From an uncultured Clostridium sp. (lineage in GTDB: Bacteria > Bacillota > Clostridia > TANB77 > CAG-508), in assembly GCA_930989765.1 (NCBI GenBank), contig CAKNNA010000004.1, forward strand, positions 4,431-68,430: DNA of 64,000 bases. The letters run 5' to 3'. Positions 22,098-32,043 of the stretch are shown here, piece after piece. Positions within the stretch are counted from its first letter, which is position 1. The number at the start of each line of letters is the position of its first letter. The notes beneath the pieces are model-generated. The model was given only the letters and a program-made list of their open reading frames with translations, ran no database searches and was not told the origin of the DNA. The position numbers and the translations under genes were made by a program.

Positions 22098-23033
22098 TTA
22101 TCCTTTTTCCCAATTTGGAACATATTCTTCTTCATGTTCTCCAAGTTCTTGCATATAACCATTTTCTAAGTTTATGCTATATACATATTCTTCTATATTA
22201 CTATATTCTTCTTTTGTTAGTTTTCTATTTATTTTATTATCATCTTTTGCTTTGTATGTTGGAAAATATTGTGCCATTATACTTACATATACTTTTGGGT
22301 CTATATTTTCTTTTATATATTTTAATACTTTTTTACTATTTTCTAAATTTCCTGGCAATATTAAATGCCTAATTATTAGACCTTTTTTTATTATTCCATT
22401 TTCATCTAAAATTGGAGCCCCTACTTGTCTGTACATTTCTTTTATTGCCTTTGTTGCAATTTCAAAGTAGTTTTCTACTTTTGAGTATTTTTTTGCTGTT
22501 TTGTTATAATAATATTTTAAGTCTGGTAAGTATACATCTATAAACCCGTCTAACATTTTTAGTGTTTCTATATTTTCATATCCATTTGTATTATATATTA
22601 TTGGTAATTTTAATCCTTTTTCTTTTGCTATTTTTATTGCTTCTTTTATTTGTATAGCATAACTTGTTGGTGTTACAAGGTTTATATTTTCTACTTTCTT
22701 TTCTTGTAGTTTTAAAAATATTTCTGCTAAATTTTCTATTGTTATTTCTTTTCCTTTACCTAGACTACTAATTTCATAATTTTGGCAATAAATACAATTT
22801 AAATTGCAATTAGAAAAAAACACTGTACCAGAGCCGTTTTTTCCGCTGATACATGGTTCTTCATAATTATGTACAGAATATAGAGCAATTTTTATATTAT
22901 TTTTAGCTCTACATCTTCCTACTTCTCCTGCTATTCTATTTACTTTACATAGATGAGGACAGATTGTACATTTATTCATTATTTTGCTTTCTATATTTTC
23001 TAATTTATTTATTTCATTCTTATTTTCTATCAT
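22098..23033 (-). CDS. radical SAM protein (PflX-like activase homolog)
   Basis: CNLNCIYCQN CxxxCxxC cluster plus an N-terminal Cys-rich segment. Confidence 0.8.
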   Translation of the reverse strand: MIENKNEINKLENIESKIMNKCTICPHLCKVNRIAGEVGRCRAKNNIKIALYSVHNYEEPCISGKNGSGTVFFSNCNLNCIYCQNYEISSLGKGKEITIENLAEIFLKLQEKKVENINLVTPTSYAIQIKEAIKIAKEKGLKLPIIYNTNGYENIETLKMLDGFIDVYLPDLKYYYNKTAKKYSKVENYFEIATKAIKEMYRQVGAPILDENGIIKKGLIIRHLILPGNLENSKKVLKYIKENIDPKVYVSIMAQYFPTYKAKDDNKINRKLTKEEYSNIEEYVYSINLENGYMQELGEHEEEYVPNWEKG

Positions 23034-23044
23034 TATTTATCCTT

Positions 23045-23809
23045 TTATTTGACACTTTTTATCTTAATATTTCCTTGTTCGTTTATTTCTAATGTTATAG
23101 TTTTTTTTGTGAATTTTTCTATGTTTGCTTTTACCGCATCTATTACTTCTGAACTGCTATCTGGATTTTCAATTGTTTGAATTATCTCTCCTTGCAAATT
23201 TTTTATACATGCTTTATTTTCAGAAGTACTTTCACCTGCATTATTTTGCGCATTTTGAATATTATTTGTATTTTCTACATTTTCCTGATTTTCACTTTGT
23301 ATATTTTCTTCAGAGTTTTCCATTAAATTTGAATAATCTTCTATATATTCTACTATTTCAACTACATATGTATTTGCATTTTTATCTATTTTATTTATAA
23401 AAAAACTATCTTCTTCATTATCTAGTTCTATGTTTGATGCTATATACATTTTTCTTTCTTCATTATATACAAATGATGAATTTCCTTCTTCTGGAAATTC
23501 TTTATTAAAATCTTCCCCAAATGTTTCTTTTGCTTTTGCTTCTATTTCTTCTTTTGTTAATTCAAATTTATCTAAATTATTTTTTACACATTCCCATATC
23601 CATATATCTGGTGCTTCATTTATATTATCAAATGTTGGTAGTGATATTTGTGTAATTTCTCTCCACAAATATATTTTTGAAATATAACTTTGAATTTTTT
23701 CTACTTCTTGTGCTGTTATATTTGTGTTTGATATTTCTTGTTTTTTGTATATTAACATTCCTAGAAATATTACTAGTAATATACAAATTACCACTACCAT
23801 TTTTTTCAT
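23045..23809 (-). CDS. hypothetical membrane-anchored protein
   Basis: N-terminal TM MKKMVVVICILLVIFLGMLIY and an acidic low-complexity region. Immediately downstream of the ftsZ-like gene. Confidence 0.55.
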   Translation of the reverse strand: MKKMVVVICILLVIFLGMLIYKKQEISNTNITAQEVEKIQSYISKIYLWREITQISLPTFDNINEAPDIWIWECVKNNLDKFELTKEEIEAKAKETFGEDFNKEFPEEGNSSFVYNEERKMYIASNIELDNEEDSFFINKIDKNANTYVVEIVEYIEDYSNLMENSEENIQSENQENVENTNNIQNAQNNAGESTSENKACIKNLQGEIIQTIENPDSSSEVIDAVKANIEKFTKKTITLEINEQGNIKIKSVK

Positions 23810-23843
23810 TCGATTTTTCGTCCTCCTAAATAATTATACTTTT

Positions 23844-24821
23844 TTAGCTTATTTCTTTTTCTGCAACATTTTCTGCAACTCCTGTTGCAATTACTGTTAC
23901 TTCAACATCATCATACATATTTGGGTCTATTACTGTTCCAAAAATTACATTTGCATTTTCATTTATTCTATCATTTACAAGTCCTATTGCATTACTTACT
24001 TCTAATAAGCTTAAATCTTTATTTCCTTTTACATTAAATATTATTCCTTTTGCTCCATCTATTTTACTTTCTGTTAATGGGTTTGTTATTGCTTGTTTTA
24101 CTGCTTCTTCTACTTTTCTTTCACCAGATGCTCTTCCTATTCCCATATATGCTTTTCCATTATATTTCATTGTTGTTCTTATATCTGCAAAATCGATATT
24201 TACTTCTCCTGTTGATGTTAGTAAATCTGTAACTCCTGTTATCCCCTGTTCTAATATTTTATCTGCTAAAGAAAATGCTGTATTTAATGTTACTCTATCA
24301 TCTGTTATTCCTAATAAATTATCGTTTAGTACAATTATTAAATCATCTACATTACTTTTTAATTTTTGTATTCCATATTCTGCTCTTACTTTTCTTGCCT
24401 TTCCTTCAAATTTAAATGGTTTTGTTACTACACCTATTGTTAATATTCCCATTTCTTTAGCTATTTCTGCAACTATAGGAGCTGCTCCTGTTCCTGTTCC
24501 TCCTCCCATTCCTGCTGTTATAAATACCATATCTGCTCCTTGCAAAATTTGCTTTATTTCTTCTTTGCTCTCTATTGCTGCTTTTTCTCCTATATTTTCA
24601 TTTGCACCTGCTCCTAATCCTTTTGTTGTTTCTAATCCTATTTGTAATATATTATTTGTTTTTGATCTTTTTAAAGTTCCTATTTCTGTATTTAATAAAT
24701 AAAAACTTACTCCTTTTACTTTATCTTCTATCATTCTATTTACTGCATTATTTCCTGCTCCACCTACTCCTATTACTTTTATTTTTGGGGCTCTATTTAG
24801 TTCTTTTGGTTCGTTATACAT
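23844..24821 (-). CDS. ftsZ: FtsZ-family tubulin-like GTPase, short form without the C-terminal linker and tail
   Basis: GVGGAGNNAVNRM and GGGTGTGAAP. Only 325 aa and ends right after the globular core. Confidence 0.8.
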   Translation of the reverse strand: MYNEPKELNRAPKIKVIGVGGAGNNAVNRMIEDKVKGVSFYLLNTEIGTLKRSKTNNILQIGLETTKGLGAGANENIGEKAAIESKEEIKQILQGADMVFITAGMGGGTGTGAAPIVAEIAKEMGILTIGVVTKPFKFEGKARKVRAEYGIQKLKSNVDDLIIVLNDNLLGITDDRVTLNTAFSLADKILEQGITGVTDLLTSTGEVNIDFADIRTTMKYNGKAYMGIGRASGERKVEEAVKQAITNPLTESKIDGAKGIIFNVKGNKDLSLLEVSNAIGLVNDRINENANVIFGTVIDPNMYDDVEVTVIATGVAENVAEKEIS

Positions 24822-25044
24822 ATATTTCCTCCTTATTTTGTGCTGGTTATAGTTTTATCACATTTTTTTTATAAATTCAATTATTTTTTAGAATTTCCTT
24901 TAATTTATACCCAATAGTTTTTCTTTCATTTTTTAAAATAAAATGTTTGCTATTAATCATTCCTTATTTTGACTTATTTTGTAAATTATGGTATACTCAC
25001 ATTATCATAAATTATTTGTTTTTCCAGCTTAAGGAGGTCTTCCT

Positions 25045-25191
25045 ATGAACAAAGCAAAATTGATAGCAATTCTTATAATTATTGCTATCGTCTTACTATT
25101 TGCAGGAATAATACTTTCTTCACCCCACCCAATTGTTACTATTTTTATTATTGTTGGGGTATTTGCAATTATTTCCAAATTTTTAAAATAG
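25045..25191 (+). CDS. small membrane protein (48 aa, two hydrophobic segments); not in the ORF track
   Basis: AAGGAGG 7 nt upstream of the ATG, MNKAKLIAILIIIAIVLLFAGI.., and a terminator follows. Confidence 0.5.
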   Translation: MNKAKLIAILIIIAIVLLFAGIILSSPHPIVTIFIIVGVFAIISKFLK

Positions 25192-25202
25192 TAATTGCAA
25201 AA

Positions 25203-25242
25203 AAAGCAACTATTAAAATTAATTTTGATAGTTGCTTTTTTT
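25203..25242 (+). terminator. rho-independent terminator
   Basis: aaagcaactat..atagttgcttt hairpin followed by a T-run. Confidence 0.7.
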
Positions 25243-25311
25243 GCATTTTAGAAAACACTTTTTTTGTTATAATTTATAAAATATTTTAATCATTATTTTA
25301 TTAATTTGATA

Positions 25312-26199
25312 TTATTTTATTCCTCCATCATATAAAACAAACCCTGTTTTTCTACTTACTAATTTTTCATCTTGATATACATTATATAATACTAAATATC
25401 TTCCATCTATTACCCCAAAACATTTTGCCTCTTCATATGGAAATATTGTTCCAATTTTAGTTGTAAATGCTGTATCTGCATATACTATTTCATTTGTACT
25501 TCCATTTTTCCATACTTTTGCCACTTCAAACTCTCCTCCTTCTTGAATATTTTCTGTATTATCGTTTTCTGAATTATTATTTTCATTTGATAAATCTATA
25601 GTCCCTACTTGTGTTATTAAATCTCTATACATATAATTTGTATCTACATTTCCTGATATTCCCTCTATTTTTCCATCTGACGCATTTTGCCAAATATCAT
25701 ATTCTCCTTGATATTGATTTGTTCCTGATTTATAACTTGCTATCCAAGTTGTATATCTTCGTTTTATTTCATCTTTATCTAAATAATTATTAAACCAGTT
25801 TTCATTTGCATATACTCCTGCCCATAATTTTGCATTTTCTATTATTGTATTAAATTCTATACATATATTTGTTAATTTTTCTTTTCCTAAATTTGATATT
25901 AAATTTTCTTCCATATCAATATAAATTGGTAAATTTAATATTTTATTTTTCATTTTTTGAATTGTCCAATCAGCACCTTTTTTTACTGTTTCTTCATCAT
26001 TGCAATAGCAATATACATATATTCCTACTGGTATATTTAACCTTTTGCATTCACTGTAATTTCTTTCAAATTGTTTATCTAATGTGTGATTATCTTTATT
26101 TCCTATCCAACCAAGTCTTAATATTGCAAAATCTATTTTAGGTTTTACAACTTCCCAGTTTATTTCTCCTTGGTGCTCTGAAACATCTATTCCAAACAT
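25312..26199 (-). CDS. GH25 muramidase (lysozyme/endolysin type) with a C-terminal wall-binding-like domain
   Basis: N-terminal GIDVSEHQGEINW and a GH25-type core. The start overlaps the stop of the holin-like ORF. Confidence 0.85.
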   Translation of the reverse strand: MFGIDVSEHQGEINWEVVKPKIDFAILRLGWIGNKDNHTLDKQFERNYSECKRLNIPVGIYVYCYCNDEETVKKGADWTIQKMKNKILNLPIYIDMEENLISNLGKEKLTNICIEFNTIIENAKLWAGVYANENWFNNYLDKDEIKRRYTTWIASYKSGTNQYQGEYDIWQNASDGKIEGISGNVDTNYMYRDLITQVGTIDLSNENNNSENDNTENIQEGGEFEVAKVWKNGSTNEIVYADTAFTTKIGTIFPYEEAKCFGVIDGRYLVLYNVYQDEKLVSRKTGFVLYDGGIK

Positions 26200-26200
26200 T

Positions 26201-26464
26201 TTATTTTTCCCCCTTGTTTACTATTTTTTTCAAATCTGCTATTCCTCCTGCTGACATTGCCGCAAATATACATGTTAGAATTGTTTCTAAAATTCCCATA
26301 TTTTCTACTTTAAATATTATACATATTATACTTGCAATTATTGCTACAATTATATTTTGAAGTGGTATCCATCTATTATCTAGATGCGTTACTTTTGTTA
26401 TTTGTCCAATTACTAATGTTATTGCTGCAACTATTACTAAGACTGTTATTTCCATTTTTTTCAC
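26201..26464 (-). CDS. putative holin (87 aa, three hydrophobic segments, charged C-terminus)
   Basis: Size, topology and position directly upstream of the muramidase gene. Confidence 0.55.
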   Translation of the reverse strand: MKKMEITVLVIVAAITLVIGQITKVTHLDNRWIPLQNIIVAIIASIICIIFKVENMGILETILTCIFAAMSAGGIADLKKIVNKGEK

Positions 26465-26590
26465 TCTCCCTTCAAATTCATTTTGGGAGGATTTTTATGG
26501 AATATTTAAATTTACCTTTATTTTCTTGTTGTTATCTCTTTATATATTATATGTTTGGTTATGTTTTTTTTCTATTATTTTTATTTAAAT

Positions 26591-27095
26591 TTATTTTATA
26601 GCTTTTTCTATTTGCAATAATTTTATTTTTTTATCTATTCCTCCTGCATATCCTGTTAAATTTCCATCTGATCCTATAACTCTATGACATGGCACTATAA
26701 TACTAATTGGATTATGACCAACTGCCATGCCAACCGCTTGGGCTGACATACTTTTTTTGTTCCCGAATTTTTGCAACTTTTTTGGCTATTTCGCCATAAG
26801 TGATAGTTTCTCCATATGGAATGTCACACAATAGTTTCCATACCGTTTTTTGAAATTCTGTTCCTTGCAATTTCAATTTTAATTCATTTGGATATACTTT
26901 TTCTTCTTTAAAGTATTTATTAAGCCACTCTTTTGCTTTTTGTAAGCTTTCTATATTTATATCTTCTTTCATATTTTCTTTTATTCCTGATAGATAATAT
27001 TTTTGACCTTCTATCCATAGTCCGATTATACTTTCTCCATCTGATGCTATTAATAAATTTCCTATTGGGGATTTATAATTTGTTTTATATATCAT
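26591..27095 (-). CDS. ogt: methylated-DNA--protein-cysteine methyltransferase; frame break at an in-frame CGG
   Basis: ORF 26712..27095 ends in ..[13 protein letters not shown].., and ORF 26591..26776 carries [25 protein letters not shown]. They join to 167 aa if the C at 26765 is skipped. Confidence 0.85.
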
Positions 27096-27292
27096 TTTTG
27101 TCTCCTTTTTTATTAGTTTTTTATATATTTTAGCATATTTAAGTTATTATTGTATAGTTTAATTCTTTTTTTATTGTGCTTTATTTGTTTTAGTAGTTTT
27201 GAAAATTTCTTTGAATTTTAAGTGCTAAAAATTTAGAAAAAATACTTGACAAGTAAATAAAGAATATGTTATTATAATTATTGTTAATATAT

Positions 27293-27376
27293 GCGGATGT
27301 GGCGGAACTGGTAGACGCGCTGGTCTTAGGAACCAGTGCCAAAAGCGTGGGGGTTCGAGTCCCTTCATCCGCACCA
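27293..27376 (+). tRNA. tRNA-Leu (anticodon UAG), long variable arm
   Basis: GCGGATGTGGCGGAA..CTGGT-CTTAGGA-ACCAG..GGTTCGAGTCC..ATCCGCACCA. Confidence 0.9.
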
Positions 27377-27974
27377 ATGATATTTCTGTTCGAACTAATA
27401 AATAGATACGAAAATCATTCAGTAATGATTGATTTTTTTTTGCAAAAAATAATCAATCAAAAAACAACTTCTTTTAGTAATAATTCTATTCAAATGGATC
27501 TATGTCAAGTTTTTAGACACCTCAATTTTTTCTCTTACGATAACTGCCTGACAACCTGTTAGGACAACACACATAATAATAGCAAGTAGTACAGTAAATC
27601 ATTTCGTAGAATTTCCTCCTTGTAATTGCTCGTAGGACTGTGCCTCCAAAAAGTATTTTTCAAAGGCAACAAAAAATTGTTTCAATTTAATTATAATATA
27701 TTTTACAAAAAAAAAAAAAAACAAATATCATTCTAAAAAGGTTAATTTTTAATTACCCTTATATTGAAACAGAAAGAATGTTCTGTAATGCACATAATTA
27801 CTTTTATGTCGAAGATTTAAGGACTAAATATCCTTTATCTAAACAACAAGAATAATTAGTGCTAATGTTAAAAAATTTTGAGACATTTCCAAAAAAGCTT
27901 GAAAAAAAGTAAATTTATATATATAATAAAAGTATATTAGTTCAACATAAAAAGAAAAGAAGGGAGCGATTTTT

Positions 27975-28502
27975 ATGAAAATAAAAATAACAGGAAAGGA
28001 ACTAAAGATAACAGATGCTATAAACGATTATGTAGAAAGAAAACTAGACAGAATCGATAAATATTTTGAAAATGCTGAAGCAGATGTAACTTTAAAAACT
28101 GAAAAAAATGAACAAATTGCTGAAATTTGCGTATTTGTAAATGGCGAAAAGTACAGAGCTGTAACAGAAGATAAAGATATGTATGCATCAATAGATAAAG
28201 ATATTGATATATTAGAAGGACAAATTAGAAAAGCAAAAACTAAAAAAGAAAAAATGATGAAAGATGGAAGTATAAAAAATATAGAAATTGCAAATTCTGA
28301 AATCAAAGAAATTTCAAATGAAATCATCAAAACATCTTATTATGAAATAAAACCAATCACACCAGAAGATGCAGTTTTAAAATTACAAGAAAAACCTTCA
28401 CATAATTTCTTAGTATTTATAAATGTAGATACAGGAAAAGTAAATGTTATACATAAATTAAAAGACGGAAAAAATTACGGTTTAGTAGAACCTGAATATT
28501 AA
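27975..28502 (+). CDS. hpf: ribosome hibernation promoting factor (long HPF)
   Basis: S30AE N-domain (ITDAINDYVERKL) and a C-terminal dimerisation domain (FLVFINVDTGKVNVIHKLKDGKNYGLVEP). Confidence 0.9.
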   Translation: MKIKITGKELKITDAINDYVERKLDRIDKYFENAEADVTLKTEKNEQIAEICVFVNGEKYRAVTEDKDMYASIDKDIDILEGQIRKAKTKKEKMMKDGSIKNIEIANSEIKEISNEIIKTSYYEIKPITPEDAVLKLQEKPSHNFLVFINVDTGKVNVIHKLKDGKNYGLVEPEY

Positions 28503-28523
28503 TTTTATTTTTCATACAATAAA

Positions 28524-28548
28524 GGCAGGAATTCGATATCCTGCCTTT
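28524..28548. terminator. hairpin between convergent hpf and the SASP gene
   Basis: ggcagga-attcgata-tcctgcc followed by ttt. Confidence 0.6.
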
Positions 28549-28651
28549 ATGTATTTATAAAAGCAAAATTCAAATTTCTGCCTATATTTATGGCTTTTAA
28601 AATAATTTATAGTATTTAAAGAATTTTAATATTTTCTATATACTAATAAAA

Positions 28652-28849
28652 CTATTTCATTTGATTTTCAACTTGTTGAATCATTTTTCTAACCATATTT
28701 CCACCTATTCTACCTGCATCTCTAGCTGATATATCTCCATTGTAACCTTCTTTAAGATTTACACCTACTTCACTAGCTACTTCATATTTGAATTTATCTA
28801 AAGCTGTCATAGCTTCTGGAACTAATTTTTTGTTACTATAGTTTGCCAT
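28652..28849 (-). CDS. alpha/beta-type small acid-soluble spore protein
   Basis: 65 aa, with KFKYEVASEVGV and DISARDAGRIGGNMVRKMI. Confidence 0.9.
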   Translation of the reverse strand: MANYSNKKLVPEAMTALDKFKYEVASEVGVNLKEGYNGDISARDAGRIGGNMVRKMIQQVENQMK

Positions 28850-29133
28850 TTATTTCACCTCCTGTAATTACATTTGTGAAAAAACATTGAGCTTTTTCTA
28901 ATACTATCATTTGCAATTTTTAAAATAATAAACAGGTAATTTTTTACAATATAAAAAATTATAGATTTTGCTTTATTTCTTTTATAGTATGTACATTTTT
29001 TGTAAAAAAATTTTTGAAAAATGTATTTTTATCTTAAATAATAAAAAAAGCCCTATTTACAAAGCTTTTAAAAAAAATATTAATTTATTTTTTTGCTTTG
29101 TAAATTGGACTTCTTTTTGATTTTTTTAAATTC

Positions 29134-29754
29134 TTAAAAAATAATATTATCCTTATTTTTTAAAAATTTATCAATTTTTTCTACCAGTTCTTTTTCGGTG
29201 CCCTCTTCCGATCTGCAGAATACTTTTAAAAGTAATTCTTTCAGCTTTTCGATATCTTCAATATCATATCTCCCAGCCATTCTGTACATTACTTTCAAAA
29301 ATTCTTCGTCTGGTTTATTAAACCTTCGCATTAACACATCAATGCATATATCCTGCTCCTGACGAGACACTTCAATTTCATTTTCTTCTACATATATCTT
29401 CATTAATGTACGAAGACGTATCTCTGAAGATAAATTGGTAATAAATTTTTCTACTATACCGTCGTCTTCAACTTTGAAAGAATGCTTGGTATATACATTG
29501 TATAGTGCTGACTTCATTAACTCAAAGATTTCTTCTTTGGTTAATTTTTTAAAAATCCCTTCAAAACCTTGGTTTTTTTCAAGGAAATTTAAAAGGTCAT
29601 CTAATTTCAGCTCAGGTTTTATTAATTTTTCTGTTGTAGCTAGTGCTACAATTTCATAGCCGGGATTATTTCGAATCACACCTGATTCCCGTAACCCTAC
29701 TATTACGAATCCATATCCTGCATTTCTTTTAAGTTTTTTTAAGTTTTCGTTCAT
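29134..29754 (-). CDS. hypothetical protein, GC-richer than its surroundings (likely acquired)
   Basis: GAAAGGAG RBS, 206 aa, uses CGA, CGT and TCG codons, and has an in-frame CGG at 29689-29691. Confidence 0.6.
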   Translation of the reverse strand: MNENLKKLKRNAGYGFVIVGLRESGVIRNNPGYEIVALATTEKLIKPELKLDDLLNFLEKNQGFEGIFKKLTKEEIFELMKSALYNVYTKHSFKVEDDGIVEKFITNLSSEIRLRTLMKIYVEENEIEVSRQEQDICIDVLMRRFNKPDEEFLKVMYRMAGRYDIEDIEKLKELLLKVFCRSEEGTEKELVEKIDKFLKNKDNIIF

Positions 29755-29956
29755 GAAAAGAACTCCTTTCTTTTGTGTTTTCCCTAAAATAAGAGAAATA
29801 TTAATTAAATTTTTACATTTTCATTATAGCATAATTTACATAATTATGTCAAATTGAATGAAACTAAAATTACTTAATATATCTCTATTTATATAATTCT
29901 ATAATTTAAAATTACCATAAATCTGTTTTAAAATTTCTGTAAAAACAAAGTACAAT

Positions 29957-31997
29957 TTATATTTCTATTCTATTATTAAACTTATCTTCTACTAATTTTT
30001 TTAATTTCAAATCTTTTTCTAAAACATCTTTATCTTCCATCAGCTTTTGTACTGCAATTTGTGCTTGTTTTAAAATTCCCATATCATGAAATAAATTTGC
30101 TATTTTAAATTCCGGAATTCCATGTTGTGCTGTTCCAAAAAAATCACCTGAACCTCTTAACTCTAAATCTTTTTCCGAAATTATAAAACCATCATTTGTT
30201 TGGCACATAACTTGCATTCTTTTTTTTATATTTTCCCCTCTTGGCTCATATATTAAAATACAATAAGATTGATACTCTCCTCTTCCTACTCTTCCTCTTA
30301 ACTGATGCAGAGCTGCAAGTCCAAACCTTTGGGCATCTTCTATTACCATTATATTTGCATTTGGTACATCTACCCCAACTTCTATTACTGTTGTAGATAT
30401 TAATATATCAATTTCCTTATTTTTAAATTTCATCATTATCTCATCTTTTTCTTTTGGTTTCATTTTTCCATGAAGATATTCTACTTTATATTGTGGAAAT
30501 ATTTCTTTTTGGTATTTTTTACAAATTTCAACAACCGATTTTAAGTCCTGCTCTTCACTTTCTTCTACTAAAGGACAAACTATATAACATTGTCTTCCTT
30601 CTTCTATTTGCTTTTGTATAAAATTATTTATTCTTTGTTCATAGCTTTTATTTACTGCAAATGTTTCTATTTTTTTTCTATTTGGTGGTAACTCATCTAT
30701 TATTGAAATATCTAAGTCACCATATAATATAAGTGCTAATGTTCTTGGTATTGGTGTTGCTGACATTACAAGCACATCTGGGTTTTCTCCTTTTTTTGCA
30801 ATTTTTGCTCTTTGTTTTACGCCAAATCTATGCTGTTCATCTGTTACTACTAGACCTAATTTTTTAAATTCAACATTATCTTCTATTAAAGCATGTGTTC
30901 CTATTATTATATCTATTTCTCCTGCTTTTAGTCTTTCTAATATCTCACTTTTTTTCTTTTTAGTAATTGCAGAAACTAAAAGTTCACACTTTATACCTAA
31001 TTTTTCAAACTGTTTATTAAAATTTTCAAGATGTTGCACAGCAAGTATCGCTGTTGGTGCCATTATTGCAACTTGATATCCGCTTCTTACTGCTTTATAT
31101 GATGCACACATTGCTATTGCAGTTTTTCCAGATCCCACATCTCCTTGCAACAATCTATTCATACATTTATTACTTTCCATATCTTTTTCTATTTCATCTA
31201 ATACTCTTTTTTGTGCATTAGTCAGTTCAAAAGGAAAAGTCTTACTAAACTCTTGCATTGAAACAGTTTTTTCATACTCTATTCCCTTCTCTTCTTTTAA
31301 ATTACTATTTTTCAAAGCAAATAATGCAAGTTGCATTGAAAAAAGCTCTTCAAAAACTAACCTTTTTCTTGCTATTTGAAAATCTTCTAACTTTCCGAGG
31401 AAAATGTATCATTTCTGTTGCTTTATTTATATCTATCAAATTATTTTCTTTTAATATATAATCTGGTAAAGTTTCTTCCAAATTTCCTTTTACCTCTGCT
31501 ATAGCATTTTCCATTATTTTTCTTAAAGTATTTTGTGATAAATTGTATGTTAATGGATAAATAGGTACAATTTTACCAGTATTTTTTGTATTTTCTATTT
31601 CATCAAACACTGGTGAATTTATTTCTACTTTTCCAAATTTATTACTAATCTTACCAAAAAACCTATACTTTTTACCTATTTCAAATTTATTTTTTAAATA
31701 TGGTTGATTAAACCATGTTATAACAGCAGACATTGTTTCATCTCTAACTATTAATTTTTGCATAGTTTTATTCTTAAGCCTTACCTCTGATACCCTTGAA
31801 CACGCTATAACCTCAATAGTTACTTCTTGTCCATCAACACACTCATACAAGCTTTTTACCTTACTTCTATCTTCATAATCTCTTGGATAATATGTAATTA
31901 AATCTTTTAATGTAAAAATATTTAATTTATTTAAAAGTAACACTCTATTAGGTCCTACTCCTTTTATATATTTTACATCTTTTCCTAAATCCATCAT
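29957..31997 (-). CDS. recG: ATP-dependent DNA helicase RecG; frame break at an in-frame CGG
   Basis: ORF 31350..31997 is the wedge domain. ORF 29957..31336 is the helicase (GDVGSGKT, DEQHRFG, QLRGRVGRG). The downstream frame is open back to 31409-31411. They join to 679 aa if the C at 31397 is skipped. Confidence 0.9.
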
Positions 31998-32043
31998 TTT
32001 CTCCTTAATTTTTCTTTTCCATATTAAATTTAAAAAATGAACT

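Noticed and set aside
27281-27562. A 93-aa track ORF.
   Set aside because: It starts inside and runs through tRNA-Leu (27293..27376), has no RBS and has an odd composition. It is spurious.
27560-27640. A minus-strand mini-ORF with a lipoprotein-like signal (..LLAIIMCVVLTGCQAV..).
   Set aside because: About 22-35 codons are open, a TGA lies just upstream in that frame, and the RBS-linked ATG is in another frame. It is too short and broken to call, and is possibly a relic.
27707-27721. An A15 homopolymer upstream of hpf could be a phase-variation tract.
   Set aside because: It lies about 250 nt upstream of the hpf start with no promoter element or ORF spanning it, so there is no evidence of function from sequence alone.
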